The position numbers were made by a program, and so were the translations under genes. From Candidatus Heimdallarchaeota archaeon (GTDB taxonomy: Archaea; Asgardarchaeota; Heimdallarchaeia; JABLTI01), in assembly GCA_019056785.1 (NCBI GenBank), contig DXJV01000101.1:1-30328 (forward strand): 30,328 nucleotides of DNA, given 5' to 3'. This document shows, one piece after another, positions 20,258 to 30,129 of the stretch. The notes beneath the pieces were generated by a model. That model ran no database searches. It saw nothing but the letters and a program-made list of their open reading frames with translations, and was not told the DNA's origin. The stretch's first letter is position 1. The number at the start of each line of letters is the position of its first letter.

Positions 20258-20382
20258 TGTTTTCTAACCTCAAATTTTTCCCGAAAGAAAATATTAGCTA
20301 TTTTTCTTTAATTTTCCTCCCTTTTTTACCTTTTGTTTGGGTAAAAAGCAGAAGTAACTCCTTTTTGTAATGATTTTTTCCG

Positions 20383-23115
20383 TTATTTTTCCCTTTTCGT
20401 GCAAATCCATTTCCAATCGCATATATCGCAGCTCTTCTTTTTAGCCTTTTTAGGAAATCTTCTCGAGATAATATTCTCTATAGTTTCTTTTACTTCGAAT
20501 TCCATACTTTTAAGGGCTTCCTCACTAATGTCAACCTCTGAACGGGTTCCTTCATCGAGGTGGTGAACTACAGCTCTTTTTGGTTGGAACCCGAGAGAGC
20601 GCATTGCTGCAATTGCATATAAGCGTAACTGTTTCACATAATCAGTTGTCATTTCAGAAAGGTCGCGTTCTTTGAAGTCCACTATTTCAATGGCTTCTAA
20701 CTCTCCTTTTTCATTGAATTTTTTGATCAGATCGATTTGCCCGGAAATGAGCGCTTGTTCTAAGGCAAATTCAAACTGTTTTTCTGTTTCAAGTATGAGA
20801 TTAAATTCTCCAGAGAATCGCTCAATATAATTTTTTATTATCCTGATTGCACTCTGCTTAAATCGGTCAATGAATTCTTGGGTGCAATACCGCAGGAAGA
20901 AATTTTGTTCAACAATTTTCAAGATTTCTTCATCTGATGGGGGGTTCGTTAGATATTTGGAATGGATAATGTTCAAAATGTTATGAATGGACCGGCCGTA
21001 GCCTAATGCAATGGAAATTTCCGGATTGAATCCAAAAATAAAGCGCAATTTATAATCGTAGGGGCAATGGTCGTAATAGCGCAAATCGCTGTAGGATGTG
21101 GCAAAACGTTTCAATGGCGCCGCAAGTTTCAAATCTAATTTTTCTCGATGAGTGGGGTCTGGAATTGGTTGGGTTAAAGTTTTTGCCTGGGGAAACTCTC
21201 TCAGAAAGCGTGATGGTTCGTTTTGAAGTCCCGGATAATTCTTCTTATATTGATGTGTTGACAAGAAAAGAAATTTTTCGCTTCGTGTTATTGCGACATA
21301 AAATAACCGTCGCTCATCCTCAAGATTTCCTTCATACCGTTGTACATTAAATAAATTAGTAGGAATTAGCCATCTGTTCGAGTTTCTTGCTCTAATTGGG
21401 AATAACCCCTCGATGAGATGGGGAACAAAGACTACCGGAAATTGCAATCCTTTTGCACGATGAACTGTCATAATTTTTATTGCATTAATCTTTGTTGGGT
21501 CATCTGCCCCTCCCTCTTCGTAGTTCCATTTTGCATAGCCTACAATGTAGCCGAGAAAGTATTTGATGTCTTTTAATTTAATTTGCTTATAAATAGCTTC
21601 AAAATCTGTTATCGCCTGGCTAAACATGCCGAGATTATACAGTTGTGTTTCTGAGAATTCAAATTCTATTGCCCCCATAAAGCCGAGGATAAGGTGGAAA
21701 AAGCCTTGCAAACTGATAGTGTCATTTGGTTTGTAACTGGCTTTTAATTGTTCCACTTCACGAACGAATTTTGTTGCATCGCCTTTGTCTTGAAACGTCA
21801 GGCGATATTGTCTGTGCAAATCTTCCGCTGTGATAGTTTTATTATCAACTTTCCAATCACCTAAAAAAGCAAATGCCTTGACGGCAAGTATGACCTCATC
21901 TTGTTCGAAAAGTTTTCCACCACCCTTCACAACAAAAGGTATCCCCCGTTCTTTAAAAGCTTGCATGTAGCTATCTGCTGATCTTTTAACTGTTCGGAAG
22001 AAAATTGCTATGTCTCGATAGTCAAGAGCATACTCCTCTCCTTTATTATTAACAAATTTTGTTCCTCGTAACTGTTCTATACGATTGATAATGAAGTTGA
22101 GTTCTTCTTCAAAGGTGCGAAATTGGACGGCATAAAGGTCGCCCGGCTCAAACTTTATCTTAGCTTCTTTCCAACCCGAGATGCTTTTCGGCAGCCGATT
22201 AAAATTATGTTCGATGAATTGCCTGGCAGAGTCAACAAGAACTTTACTACTCCGGAAGTTGATTGTAATGTCTATCACTTCTACATCAGGATAGCGTTTA
22301 CTAAAAGTAATGAGGTTATCGACATATGACCCCCGCCATTGATAGATACACTGATCATCATCGCCAACAACACAAAGACTTTTCGAATGTTGTGCAAGCT
22401 GTTCAATAATCCGTTCTTGGAGGGGGTTTATATCTTGATATTCATCAACAACAATGTGCTTGTACCGTTTGAAAACCTCTTCAGCAAATTCCTTGTCGTT
22501 TATTAATAATTGATAAACTTCATACATCATCCCAGAAAAGTCGAGGAAACGCTCCTCATCCAGCAATTGGCAATAGTATTCAAAACACTCGCGGAAAGGT
22601 TTTGGAAGCTCCTCGAGTGGAATAAGCTCTTCGCGGACCACGTCAACATTAAAACAGAAATTCATAACGTCGGCATATTTTCGACGAATTATTTCCCCGA
22701 GTTTGATTTTATTGAAATTACGTCGAAAATGGGTGAAGAGGATTCGTTTGTGTTCATCAAGCACATCATAATTCTTATACTTTGGTTTAAACTCTTGTAA
22801 AAGCTGATAGCAAAATGAATGTATGGTTCCAATATACATCTCGCCTATTTCAGGGTTCTCGGGTCGGAGTTCTTGGAGATGTTTCCGAATCCTGAATTTC
22901 ATCTCTTCCGCGGCATTTTCAGTGAAAGTAAAAGCAACAATTTCTCTCGTAGGAACACCGGTGCATACGAGATTGGCAATTCGACGGGTGATAACATCGG
23001 TCTTCCCAGAACCGGCACAAGCAATGATCTGAAGATTCCCCTCCCAATGGTCAATAGCTCGTTGTTGGTTCTTAGTATATCTCAAAACGATAACCTCTCT
23101 TGCTAAAAAGTTCAT
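20383..23115 (-). CDS. UvrD/PcrA-like SF1A DNA helicase fused to a C-terminal RecB/Cas4-like PD-(D/E)xK nuclease with four Cys (Fe-S)
   Basis: ACAGSGKT, TFTENAA, GTIHSF, VDEYQD, VGDDDQCIYQWRG, NFRS, TVHRAKGLQF, EDERRLFYVAITR; then SYS...CP, GRSIH, E...GQIDL...VDFK, QLRLYA, CxxCxxxxxC. True start may be TTG 23085 (after GAGGT). Confidence 0.93.
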   Translation of the reverse strand: MNFLAREVIVLRYTKNQQRAIDHWEGNLQIIACAGSGKTDVITRRIANLVCTGVPTREIVAFTFTENAAEEMKFRIRKHLQELRPENPEIGEMYIGTIHSFCYQLLQEFKPKYKNYDVLDEHKRILFTHFRRNFNKIKLGEIIRRKYADVMNFCFNVDVVREELIPLEELPKPFRECFEYYCQLLDEERFLDFSGMMYEVYQLLINDKEFAEEVFKRYKHIVVDEYQDINPLQERIIEQLAQHSKSLCVVGDDDQCIYQWRGSYVDNLITFSKRYPDVEVIDITINFRSSKVLVDSARQFIEHNFNRLPKSISGWKEAKIKFEPGDLYAVQFRTFEEELNFIINRIEQLRGTKFVNNKGEEYALDYRDIAIFFRTVKRSADSYMQAFKERGIPFVVKGGGKLFEQDEVILAVKAFAFLGDWKVDNKTITAEDLHRQYRLTFQDKGDATKFVREVEQLKASYKPNDTISLQGFFHLILGFMGAIEFEFSETQLYNLGMFSQAITDFEAIYKQIKLKDIKYFLGYIVGYAKWNYEEGGADDPTKINAIKIMTVHRAKGLQFPVVFVPHLIEGLFPIRARNSNRWLIPTNLFNVQRYEGNLEDERRLFYVAITRSEKFLFLSTHQYKKNYPGLQNEPSRFLREFPQAKTLTQPIPDPTHREKLDLKLAAPLKRFATSYSDLRYYDHCPYDYKLRFIFGFNPEISIALGYGRSIHNILNIIHSKYLTNPPSDEEILKIVEQNFFLRYCTQEFIDRFKQSAIRIIKNYIERFSGEFNLILETEKQFEFALEQALISGQIDLIKKFNEKGELEAIEIVDFKERDLSEMTTDYVKQLRLYAIAAMRSLGFQPKRAVVHHLDEGTRSEVDISEEALKSMEFEVKETIENIISRRFPKKAKKKSCDICDWKWICTKREK

Positions 23116-23323
23116 GGTTTTCTTCCAAATAATTTTATCTGTTAATGCAATGTTTTCTTCTCGAGAGATATTGTCTCCCTATTTCTTTTCTCCGGAGCTT
23201 ATCAAAACTGAACAGTAAATTAAATTTACAAACGAAAAAACCGACAAAGAAAAAGAGGAAGATCGGAAGAAACAATCCTCCGATTTCTAATTCAAACGGA
23301 CGATTAATTTTAACATGCTTTTT

Positions 23324-25297
23324 TCATTTGAGGATGAGAGTAGTTTGCCGTTTTCGTCTAATGATAATAGTTAGAAGTAATGCAACACCCGTACAAACTA
23401 GTAATGTTCCATAAGGTACACCGCCTGTTGGTGTTGGTGAGGGTGAGGGTGAAGGTGATGGGCTTGGGCTTGCACCGGGATAATCATTAGGGTCTGTTGG
23501 ATCTGTCCCGGCTATATACTCATCATAATCCGAGTACGTATCGTTATCAGTATCTGGATTTGTAGGATTGGTTTCATAGCCATCAAATCCATAGCGGGAT
23601 TCTTCATAATCGTCCAAACCATCAGCATCTGTGTCTGTATTAAGGGGGTTGGTTATGTATCCGTCGTCGCCAAGCGTTACTTCTTCAAAATCGGTTAAAA
23701 GGTCGCCATCTGTATCGTTTTTTAGGGGATCGGTTATATAGCCATATGTCCCCGTAACTTCATCATAATCATTGAGTTGGTCATTATCTGAATCGCTATC
23801 TTCTGGGTATGTGTGATAGGTGTAAAATTCTTCACCATCCAATAAGCCGTCGCCATCCATATCACCTATTGTGGCGTCAGTCTTACTGCTTAAAACTTCA
23901 TAGCCATCAAGAATATAGTCTGCATCGGTATCATTTAATTGTGAATTTGTTTTGTAATAGGTTTCAGTTGAATCATCAAGTAAATCGCTATCAGTATCCA
24001 TGACACCGGTGTGAAACATCGAACCATAAAAACCATACCATGGAGCGTTGTAAACTTCTTTTTGTGAGGTTGTGGTGGCTTGGTAACATCTGAAATAACC
24101 ACCTGCAGCACCAATCAAAATTTCATATTGAAAGTCATGATTAAGGTCAACAATCAAAGGAGTGGCAGTGAGAAAATGAGAAAAGGTTGAATACCAAATT
24201 TGACTGCCTGTTGAGTTGTAACAACAAATGGTATAATTAAAGGGGTCATTAATAACGACCACTATTTCTAAGAGATTGTCTTTATCGAGATCAGCAACCA
24301 CAGGACAAGTTGACTGAGTCATGCCCGTTGTAGTTGACCATAGAACAGTGCCTGTGCGATTCAAACAATATAGCTTGTAGAGAAAATCACAAACAAGGAT
24401 CTCTACTTCGCCATCATTATTTATATCTCCAAAAGCTGCTGCGGAACCAAAAACTGTCGTCGAGGTGAGTCTCCACTGCTCTATGCCGGAAGCATTAAGA
24501 CAATAAAAATTGTTATCTCGAGAAGAAACATATACTTCATAGGAGTTGTCGTTGTCTAGATCAGCGAGAACTGTAGCACTAATTTCGTCGCCTGTAGTGA
24601 AATTCCATTGCTGAACTCCGCTACTGTCCAGGCAGTAGACGCGAGAGTCATTAGAACCATAAACAACCTCGAGAGAAGCATCGTTGTTTATATCTGCAAT
24701 GGCAGCAGAACATGAAGCATTAGCCGGAAAGGTCCACTGTAGCACCCCATCATGACTAAGGCATTGCAGTCCTTTGGTGTTTGTCCCAACAATTATCTCG
24801 AGCCAACCATTGTTGTCTAAATCTGCTACTGCAGGAGACAACTCAACTCTTTCTGCAGTTGTATTGTAATGCCACTCTTCGGTTCCAGTGGAGCTGAGAC
24901 AATATACTAAGCCCGCAAAATCACAAATAATGATCTCTAGTTCAGGGTCAAGATCAAAATTGGCGATTATAGGGGTGGGACCGTAAATAGTGTCTAAAGT
25001 GTTAAAATACCATTTAAGGTCACCAGTGGAGTCTAAACAATAAAATTTCCCCTCAAGTCCACCAAAGAACACCTCTAGATTGCCGTCGCCATCAATGTCT
25101 GCTGCAGCAGCACTATCGTGAATAGCATGAGCAGTATAGAAATCCCAACTTAAGGAAAAGCTCAGATTATTTGTTGCTTTTGGAATAGAAAAGCTGCTTG
25201 GCTCTGAAACGTTCAAAGAACCATTAATAAAAGGTAAAATTACTACCAAAAGAAGTAAAATAGTACTTTTTATCTCGAGTCTAAATTTTACCACCAT
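23324..25297 (-). CDS. Membrane-anchored surface protein: FG-GAP/PQQ-like beta-propeller plus thrombospondin type 3-like Ca-binding repeats
   Basis: Signal peptide; eight D-[LIF]-[DN]-x-D...E[IV] blades with W-x-F strands; seven DxDxDxxxD repeats; (PS)n/PT linker; TM helix followed by RRKR. Confidence 0.85.
   Translation of the reverse strand: MVVKFRLEIKSTILLLLVVILPFINGSLNVSEPSSFSIPKATNNLSFSLSWDFYTAHAIHDSAAAADIDGDGNLEVFFGGLEGKFYCLDSTGDLKWYFNTLDTIYGPTPIIANFDLDPELEIIICDFAGLVYCLSSTGTEEWHYNTTAERVELSPAVADLDNNGWLEIIVGTNTKGLQCLSHDGVLQWTFPANASCSAAIADINNDASLEVVYGSNDSRVYCLDSSGVQQWNFTTGDEISATVLADLDNDNSYEVYVSSRDNNFYCLNASGIEQWRLTSTTVFGSAAAFGDINNDGEVEILVCDFLYKLYCLNRTGTVLWSTTTGMTQSTCPVVADLDKDNLLEIVVVINDPFNYTICCYNSTGSQIWYSTFSHFLTATPLIVDLNHDFQYEILIGAAGGYFRCYQATTTSQKEVYNAPWYGFYGSMFHTGVMDTDSDLLDDSTETYYKTNSQLNDTDADYILDGYEVLSSKTDATIGDMDGDGLLDGEEFYTYHTYPEDSDSDNDQLNDYDEVTGTYGYITDPLKNDTDGDLLTDFEEVTLGDDGYITNPLNTDTDADGLDDYEESRYGFDGYETNPTNPDTDNDTYSDYDEYIAGTDPTDPNDYPGASPSPSPSPSPSPTPTGGVPYGTLLVCTGVALLLTIIIRRKRQTTLILK
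23430..23472 (-). repeat. Hexamer-like low-complexity repeat encoding the SPSPSPSPSPTPT linker
   Basis: GGTGTTGGTGAGGGTGAGGGTGAAGGTGATGGGCTTGGGCT on the + strand. Confidence 0.8.
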
Positions 25298-25647
25298 CCA
25301 AAAAATGCTTGTGTATTAATAACATTGAAGTTAAAAATTAAAGTCTTTGTTATAGGGCATTCTTATAATGAGTTTCTCTTTTTCACAGAAGAGATTTGAA
25401 AAACCACCCTCCTAATAATAGAAAATCGAAAGTTTACAATCTCATTAATGTAGGAGTGTTGCAAATTGGCTCTTTTTTATAAAGAAAAAAGCTATTGTTT
25501 TTAAATTGCTAAACCTTTTTAACCCAAGTCGCAAAGATACTTACTTATTGTTTAAACGTAAAGGAGTGGATTGGTTTTACAAAATTTCTTTTAAAAAAGA
25601 GAACTTTTATTTTTTTAATTTGCTTTAATATTGTTTTCTCAGGATTA

Positions 25648-27924
25648 ATGTCGAATGGAGTTAGTAGAAATACTTCTCGTCCTCTAAACATAAGCACCCA
25701 ATTACAAGTAATTGGAAATCCTGAACAAGGCAACTTCATTTTTGCATTAACAGCCCCGATTTTGATAAGCCCTTCTAATGGTTATCTAACAAATGATCGA
25801 ACCCCAACCTTAACCTGGGGCTCTGTTTCTGGGGCATATTCTTACGATGTTCAAGTTGATGATAATAGCGATTTTTCAAGTATTGTTTACTCTACTAATA
25901 TCCAAGCCACAAGTATTACTATTCCTATTAGTTTATCTGATAACACTTATTATTGGCGGGTTCGGGGAAAAGAATTATTCGGTGGCTTAGGCCCCTGGAG
26001 TGTTATCTGGCATTTTCAAGTAGATGGTACACCTCCCCCTTCGCCGGCACTTGTTTATCCCACTAATGGTTTAATAACAAATGACAATACGCCCAGTTTT
26101 GATTGGAACCCCTCATCGGGTGCCAATTTCTACCATATTGTGATAGATAATTCCCCAAGTTTTTCCTTGCCTTATGTTGCAGAATATTCTACTAGTTTAA
26201 CTTCTTGGACTTCCGGCCCACTTGGAAATGGGGTTTTTTACTGGCATGTCCAAGCAAGAGATGCTGCTGGTAATTGGGGCTCTTATTCTGGTACAAGAAG
26301 TTTCACGATCGATACCATTCCCCCTGCGGCCCCGGCATTGAATTCACCTTCTCATATGAGCGTAATAAATGACGACAGCCCGTTTTTGGATTGGTCCTCC
26401 GTATCAACTGCAGTGCAATATCATCTTCAGGTTGCCTCAAGTTCCAGTTTTAGTTACCTGGAGTTTCAAGTGTATACTGGAGCTACTAGTTATACAGTTC
26501 CTCATCTCACTGACGGGATGAAATATTGGCGAGTGCGCGCAAGAGATTCTGCAAACAATTGGGGCTCTTGGAGCACTTACCGGATTTTCACAGTTGACAC
26601 GAATCCGCCTTCTCAACCTGCGCTTTTCTCTCCAGACGAGGGGCTCTTAGACAATAACCCCACCCCCTTATTAAATTGGTCTGATGTAGCAGATAGCTAT
26701 TTGTATCAAGTCGAAGTAGCAGATAATGATACTTTCAGCACTTTAGTTGTAAATCAAACAGTCGTTAATAGCGACTATACAACTGCTACCCTAGCAGATG
26801 GTGTTTATTATTGGCGGGTACGTGCAAGAGATGAAGCTGGCAATTGGGGTTCTTGGAGTGTAATACGAAATTTCACAATCGATACTACGCCACCAACAAT
26901 TGTAGCAGTGACTACTGACCCTACAGCTCCAACAGATATCCAGCTTGTTACTATCAGTTGTAATGTGAATGACCTTCATGACATTGATGAAGTAATACTC
27001 CATTACCGGATTAATAATGGCTCGTGGATTAATGTGACAATGCCCCTAACAATAGGAACACTCTATGAGGTGACAATTGGACCTTTCTCTTACAATGATG
27101 TCATCGATTATTTTATTACTGCAGAGGATTCAAGCACACACCCCAATACTGCAACAGCTGACAATTCAGGCGCCTTCTATCAATTTACCATTGTTTCGGG
27201 TGATGTAACAGGACCAATTATCTCTTCGATTAGCCATGCTCCAACGCAACCTACTGAATTAGATACAATTACAATAAACTGTGAGGTAACAGATGATAGT
27301 GGAATTTTTACCGTCATACTCTTCTATAGAATAGATGATGGCGAGTGGTTAAACCAAACAATGACTCTTGACACTGCTGATTGGTATACTCTGACAATAG
27401 GACCATTCGAATATGGCAGCATTATTGACTATTATCTCAAGGCAATTGACAATTCACCTAATCAAAATGTAGTAACTAGTGACAATGGAGGTCTTTATTA
27501 TAACTTCACAATTAGTTCAAGTGACATTTTGTCCCCGGTAATCTCTACAATCGTTTATACTCCTAATTATCCCACAGAATTAGATGACATAAATATTACC
27601 TGTCAAGTAACAGATGCAAGTGGTCTCATCGTCGTCTCTCTTTACTTCAGAGTGAATAATGCTAGCTGGCGAATGGTAAATATGACTTTACTTTCGGTTG
27701 ACATTTACAGCGTTGTTTTGCCTTCTTTTACAGTAGGAGACACGATTGACTTTTACATAACTGCAATAGACAATTCTGTGGCACAAAATATGGCAAAAGA
27801 TGATAATGGCGGGCTCTATTATACAATAACTATTTCTCAATCATCAAAAACATTTCCAATTGTCTATTTGCTCCCTTCACTAACGGTTCTTTCGATTATT
27901 ATTATCTTAAGAAAGAGAAAATAA
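25648..27924 (+). CDS. Membrane-anchored surface protein with four FN3-like and three other Ig-like repeats
   Basis: Four ~96-aa repeats (PxLxxP...W...Y...YYWRVRAxDxAGNWGxWS...FTxDTxPP) and three ~105-aa repeats (PT..D.ITI.C.VTD.SG..V.L.YR...IDYY..A.D...DNGG.YY); C-terminal TM plus RKRK. The true start is probably upstream, near 25570. Confidence 0.85.
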   Translation: MSNGVSRNTSRPLNISTQLQVIGNPEQGNFIFALTAPILISPSNGYLTNDRTPTLTWGSVSGAYSYDVQVDDNSDFSSIVYSTNIQATSITIPISLSDNTYYWRVRGKELFGGLGPWSVIWHFQVDGTPPPSPALVYPTNGLITNDNTPSFDWNPSSGANFYHIVIDNSPSFSLPYVAEYSTSLTSWTSGPLGNGVFYWHVQARDAAGNWGSYSGTRSFTIDTIPPAAPALNSPSHMSVINDDSPFLDWSSVSTAVQYHLQVASSSSFSYLEFQVYTGATSYTVPHLTDGMKYWRVRARDSANNWGSWSTYRIFTVDTNPPSQPALFSPDEGLLDNNPTPLLNWSDVADSYLYQVEVADNDTFSTLVVNQTVVNSDYTTATLADGVYYWRVRARDEAGNWGSWSVIRNFTIDTTPPTIVAVTTDPTAPTDIQLVTISCNVNDLHDIDEVILHYRINNGSWINVTMPLTIGTLYEVTIGPFSYNDVIDYFITAEDSSTHPNTATADNSGAFYQFTIVSGDVTGPIISSISHAPTQPTELDTITINCEVTDDSGIFTVILFYRIDDGEWLNQTMTLDTADWYTLTIGPFEYGSIIDYYLKAIDNSPNQNVVTSDNGGLYYNFTISSSDILSPVISTIVYTPNYPTELDDINITCQVTDASGLIVVSLYFRVNNASWRMVNMTLLSVDIYSVVLPSFTVGDTIDFYITAIDNSVAQNMAKDDNGGLYYTITISQSSKTFPIVYLLPSLTVLSIIIILRKRK

Positions 27925-27950
27925 TTTTCTCTCTTTTTACTTTTTTTTTA
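27925..27950 (+). terminator. Putative archaeal oligo-T terminator
   Basis: TTTTCTCTCTTTTTACTTTTTTTTTA immediately after the stop, between convergent genes. Confidence 0.5.
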
Positions 27951-28062
27951 TTTGTTATTGTTCCAAGATACAGTGACCTTTGTTAATCCCTGTCTGAAAA
28001 CGAAACATTCTGTACAAACGGGGGAAGCTTGTTTAATTTTTTTAAAAAAAGAACGCAAGCGA

Positions 28063-29868
28063 TTAAAAAATCGACTTCCGCTGTTTTTTAATTCGAACAA
28101 TAATATTCACAGTGGCTGTTATAACTAGCGAACCCATTATCGTTAGAAACGCAATGCTTGTTTCCCCTATTGAAAGGGTCGTGAGAGTATCTTCATAAAC
28201 AAAGCCTGCGCTTTCCATATGTTGCCTTGCTAATGTGAGATTATATTCATATGGTTTTAATGTATGGTCAAAATCAATGGCAGTCTTTGGAAAACCAGTC
28301 ACCCCAGGAGTTCCAAGATCATTAAGAACATCTTCAATAATTGCTTCTCTGGGAATGGCGTGATTAATAGCTTTTCGAACATGTTTTGCTGACTCCGGTC
28401 CACTAATTGGGCAAAATTCTCCGGTACCTATGTAGGGATGTTTGTTATTAAAAGCCATTTCTTGTAAACCGAGTTTATCAACCATTGTATAAGAAACAGC
28501 TGGAGGGAGCTGATCAGGTTGGAATGGGAACGCATGATCAATCATATCAACTATCCCTGAAGAAATCGCATCCAAGGCATCGATATAATTAAAATACTCA
28601 AAGTAAACTTCATCGAAGTAGGGTTCAGAACCATACCATTCATCAAAATACTCATTCTTTATTAAATGGATGATTTGATTGGTTTCATTATATGATGCAA
28701 GCCGGTAAGGTCCGGCGCCAAAAATCTTACCGGGATCGGTTTTAGCCCAAATTTCAGCTTGGGTACTCAGATTTGCATATGGGATCGTTTCCCAAATGTG
28801 CTTTGGAAGAATATCTAATGCTAAATATTTTTTCTGAAATACATCCCGCTTCTCAAAGGTAATACTTAATGTATAATTACTTATTGCAGGATCCCATTGC
28901 ACAGAGCTTTCGTTAACATACATCCACCAATCCTTATGATAATATGGCACTCCAAAGTCTGCGTTAAATATAACATTGTAAGAAAAATTAACATCATAAG
29001 CGTTTAAAGGTGTTCCATCTGCCCAAGTAGCATTGGGATTAAGCTCGATATTGTAAGTATACCCATCTGTTGTGGTAATGGATGTTGCAAGTCGAGAGCT
29101 GTAATCATAACCATTTAAGGAGTCACGTTCGATTAAACCAGTATATATTTGATGTAACCATTGTGCATCATTTTCACTCATTAAACCATCATATATATGA
29201 AAATGTTTGAATTGATATCGTGTAGCATAATGAAATTTCGTTTGGTGAGAAATACTCCAATTTTCCATTGATTGAAAATCAAGTTCCCAAAGAAGGGGAT
29301 CCCAGCCAACTAAATTTGGGTCATGGGGATAGATATCAGCCGGATAGAAAATCGTAGCTCGAGGTAAGTCGTCATACAAAATCGCTTGAATCTGCTTAGC
29401 CCAGTAAATACGATCGTCAAAGACAAAAGAACTGCTGTAGTTGCTAATAGCCCAGTCCATCTCAGGATTCTCGTACTGATAAAAGTTGTCGCCATTAGGA
29501 GTAATAGATGGGCTGTCAAACAAACCGGTTGGATTAAAATCAAGACGCCCAGACCAACCAACAAAGAGAATATCATAACCACCCTCAGCGTAGGAAGGAA
29601 TGGGATAAGGACCAGGATAACTCCAAGTTCGGGGAGAAATTTCTACCCAACTAGCTAATATCAAAGTTGTTCCAATGCCTATTTGTTGTAATTCTTTAGA
29701 AATTCGTGTAACCCACCCCGTCCTGTCTGGTTGGCCTTTTGGGCATAATAAATATATCGTAAAAAAAGGTGTTGGAGCTGTTGCTTTGATTTTTTGTGTA
29801 TTGATAATCGGCATAAAAGATACACTAATTAAAATTAATAATAGTGCGGAAGCTTTTTTATTCAGCAT
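28063..29868 (-). CDS. ABC transporter substrate-binding protein, family 5 (OppA/DppA-like), circularly permuted, with C-terminal TM anchor
   Basis: IYTGLI...RLATS...DGYTY...WADGTPLNAYDVNFS, GAGPYRL, AFN...VRKAINHAIPRE, YNLTLARQHMESAG; the usual C-terminal block (LQQIGI...GYDI...GW...NFYQYENPEMD...DDRI...QAILYDDLP) is at the N-terminus. Confidence 0.9.
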   Translation of the reverse strand: MLNKKASALLLILISVSFMPIINTQKIKATAPTPFFTIYLLCPKGQPDRTGWVTRISKELQQIGIGTTLILASWVEISPRTWSYPGPYPIPSYAEGGYDILFVGWSGRLDFNPTGLFDSPSITPNGDNFYQYENPEMDWAISNYSSSFVFDDRIYWAKQIQAILYDDLPRATIFYPADIYPHDPNLVGWDPLLWELDFQSMENWSISHQTKFHYATRYQFKHFHIYDGLMSENDAQWLHQIYTGLIERDSLNGYDYSSRLATSITTTDGYTYNIELNPNATWADGTPLNAYDVNFSYNVIFNADFGVPYYHKDWWMYVNESSVQWDPAISNYTLSITFEKRDVFQKKYLALDILPKHIWETIPYANLSTQAEIWAKTDPGKIFGAGPYRLASYNETNQIIHLIKNEYFDEWYGSEPYFDEVYFEYFNYIDALDAISSGIVDMIDHAFPFQPDQLPPAVSYTMVDKLGLQEMAFNNKHPYIGTGEFCPISGPESAKHVRKAINHAIPREAIIEDVLNDLGTPGVTGFPKTAIDFDHTLKPYEYNLTLARQHMESAGFVYEDTLTTLSIGETSIAFLTIMGSLVITATVNIIVRIKKQRKSIF

Positions 29869-30129
29869 AGCTCTCCCTCATTGATTATTGAAAATTATCT
29901 TTTAAAAAAGCTTTTCTACAAAAGTTTAAAAATTCCTATTTTGTTGAGAATTTCAAATTTTGGATTGTTATACGGAGGAAAAATTTGATTCTCAAAATCT
30001 TTTTTATTAGAATTTCACATAAATCGATAATTAATAACTATTTATCTGTAGAATTTTTTTAAAATTCTCTTGATGCTAAAAAGACTTTCCCGTTATAGGG
30101 TTCTGAAATTTTGTTTTCTTAATTTAGAA

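Noticed and set aside
20383-21100. cas4 gene or CRISPR-Cas locus
   Set aside because: The Cas4-like domain is fused to a helicase, and no cas1/cas2 or array is present in the window.
16409-23115. NMD-like (UPF1 plus SMG6) interpretation of helicase plus PIN-TPR
   Set aside because: The helicase has UvrD/SF1A motifs and a DNA nuclease domain rather than Upf1/SF1B features, and the PIN/TPR order is reversed.
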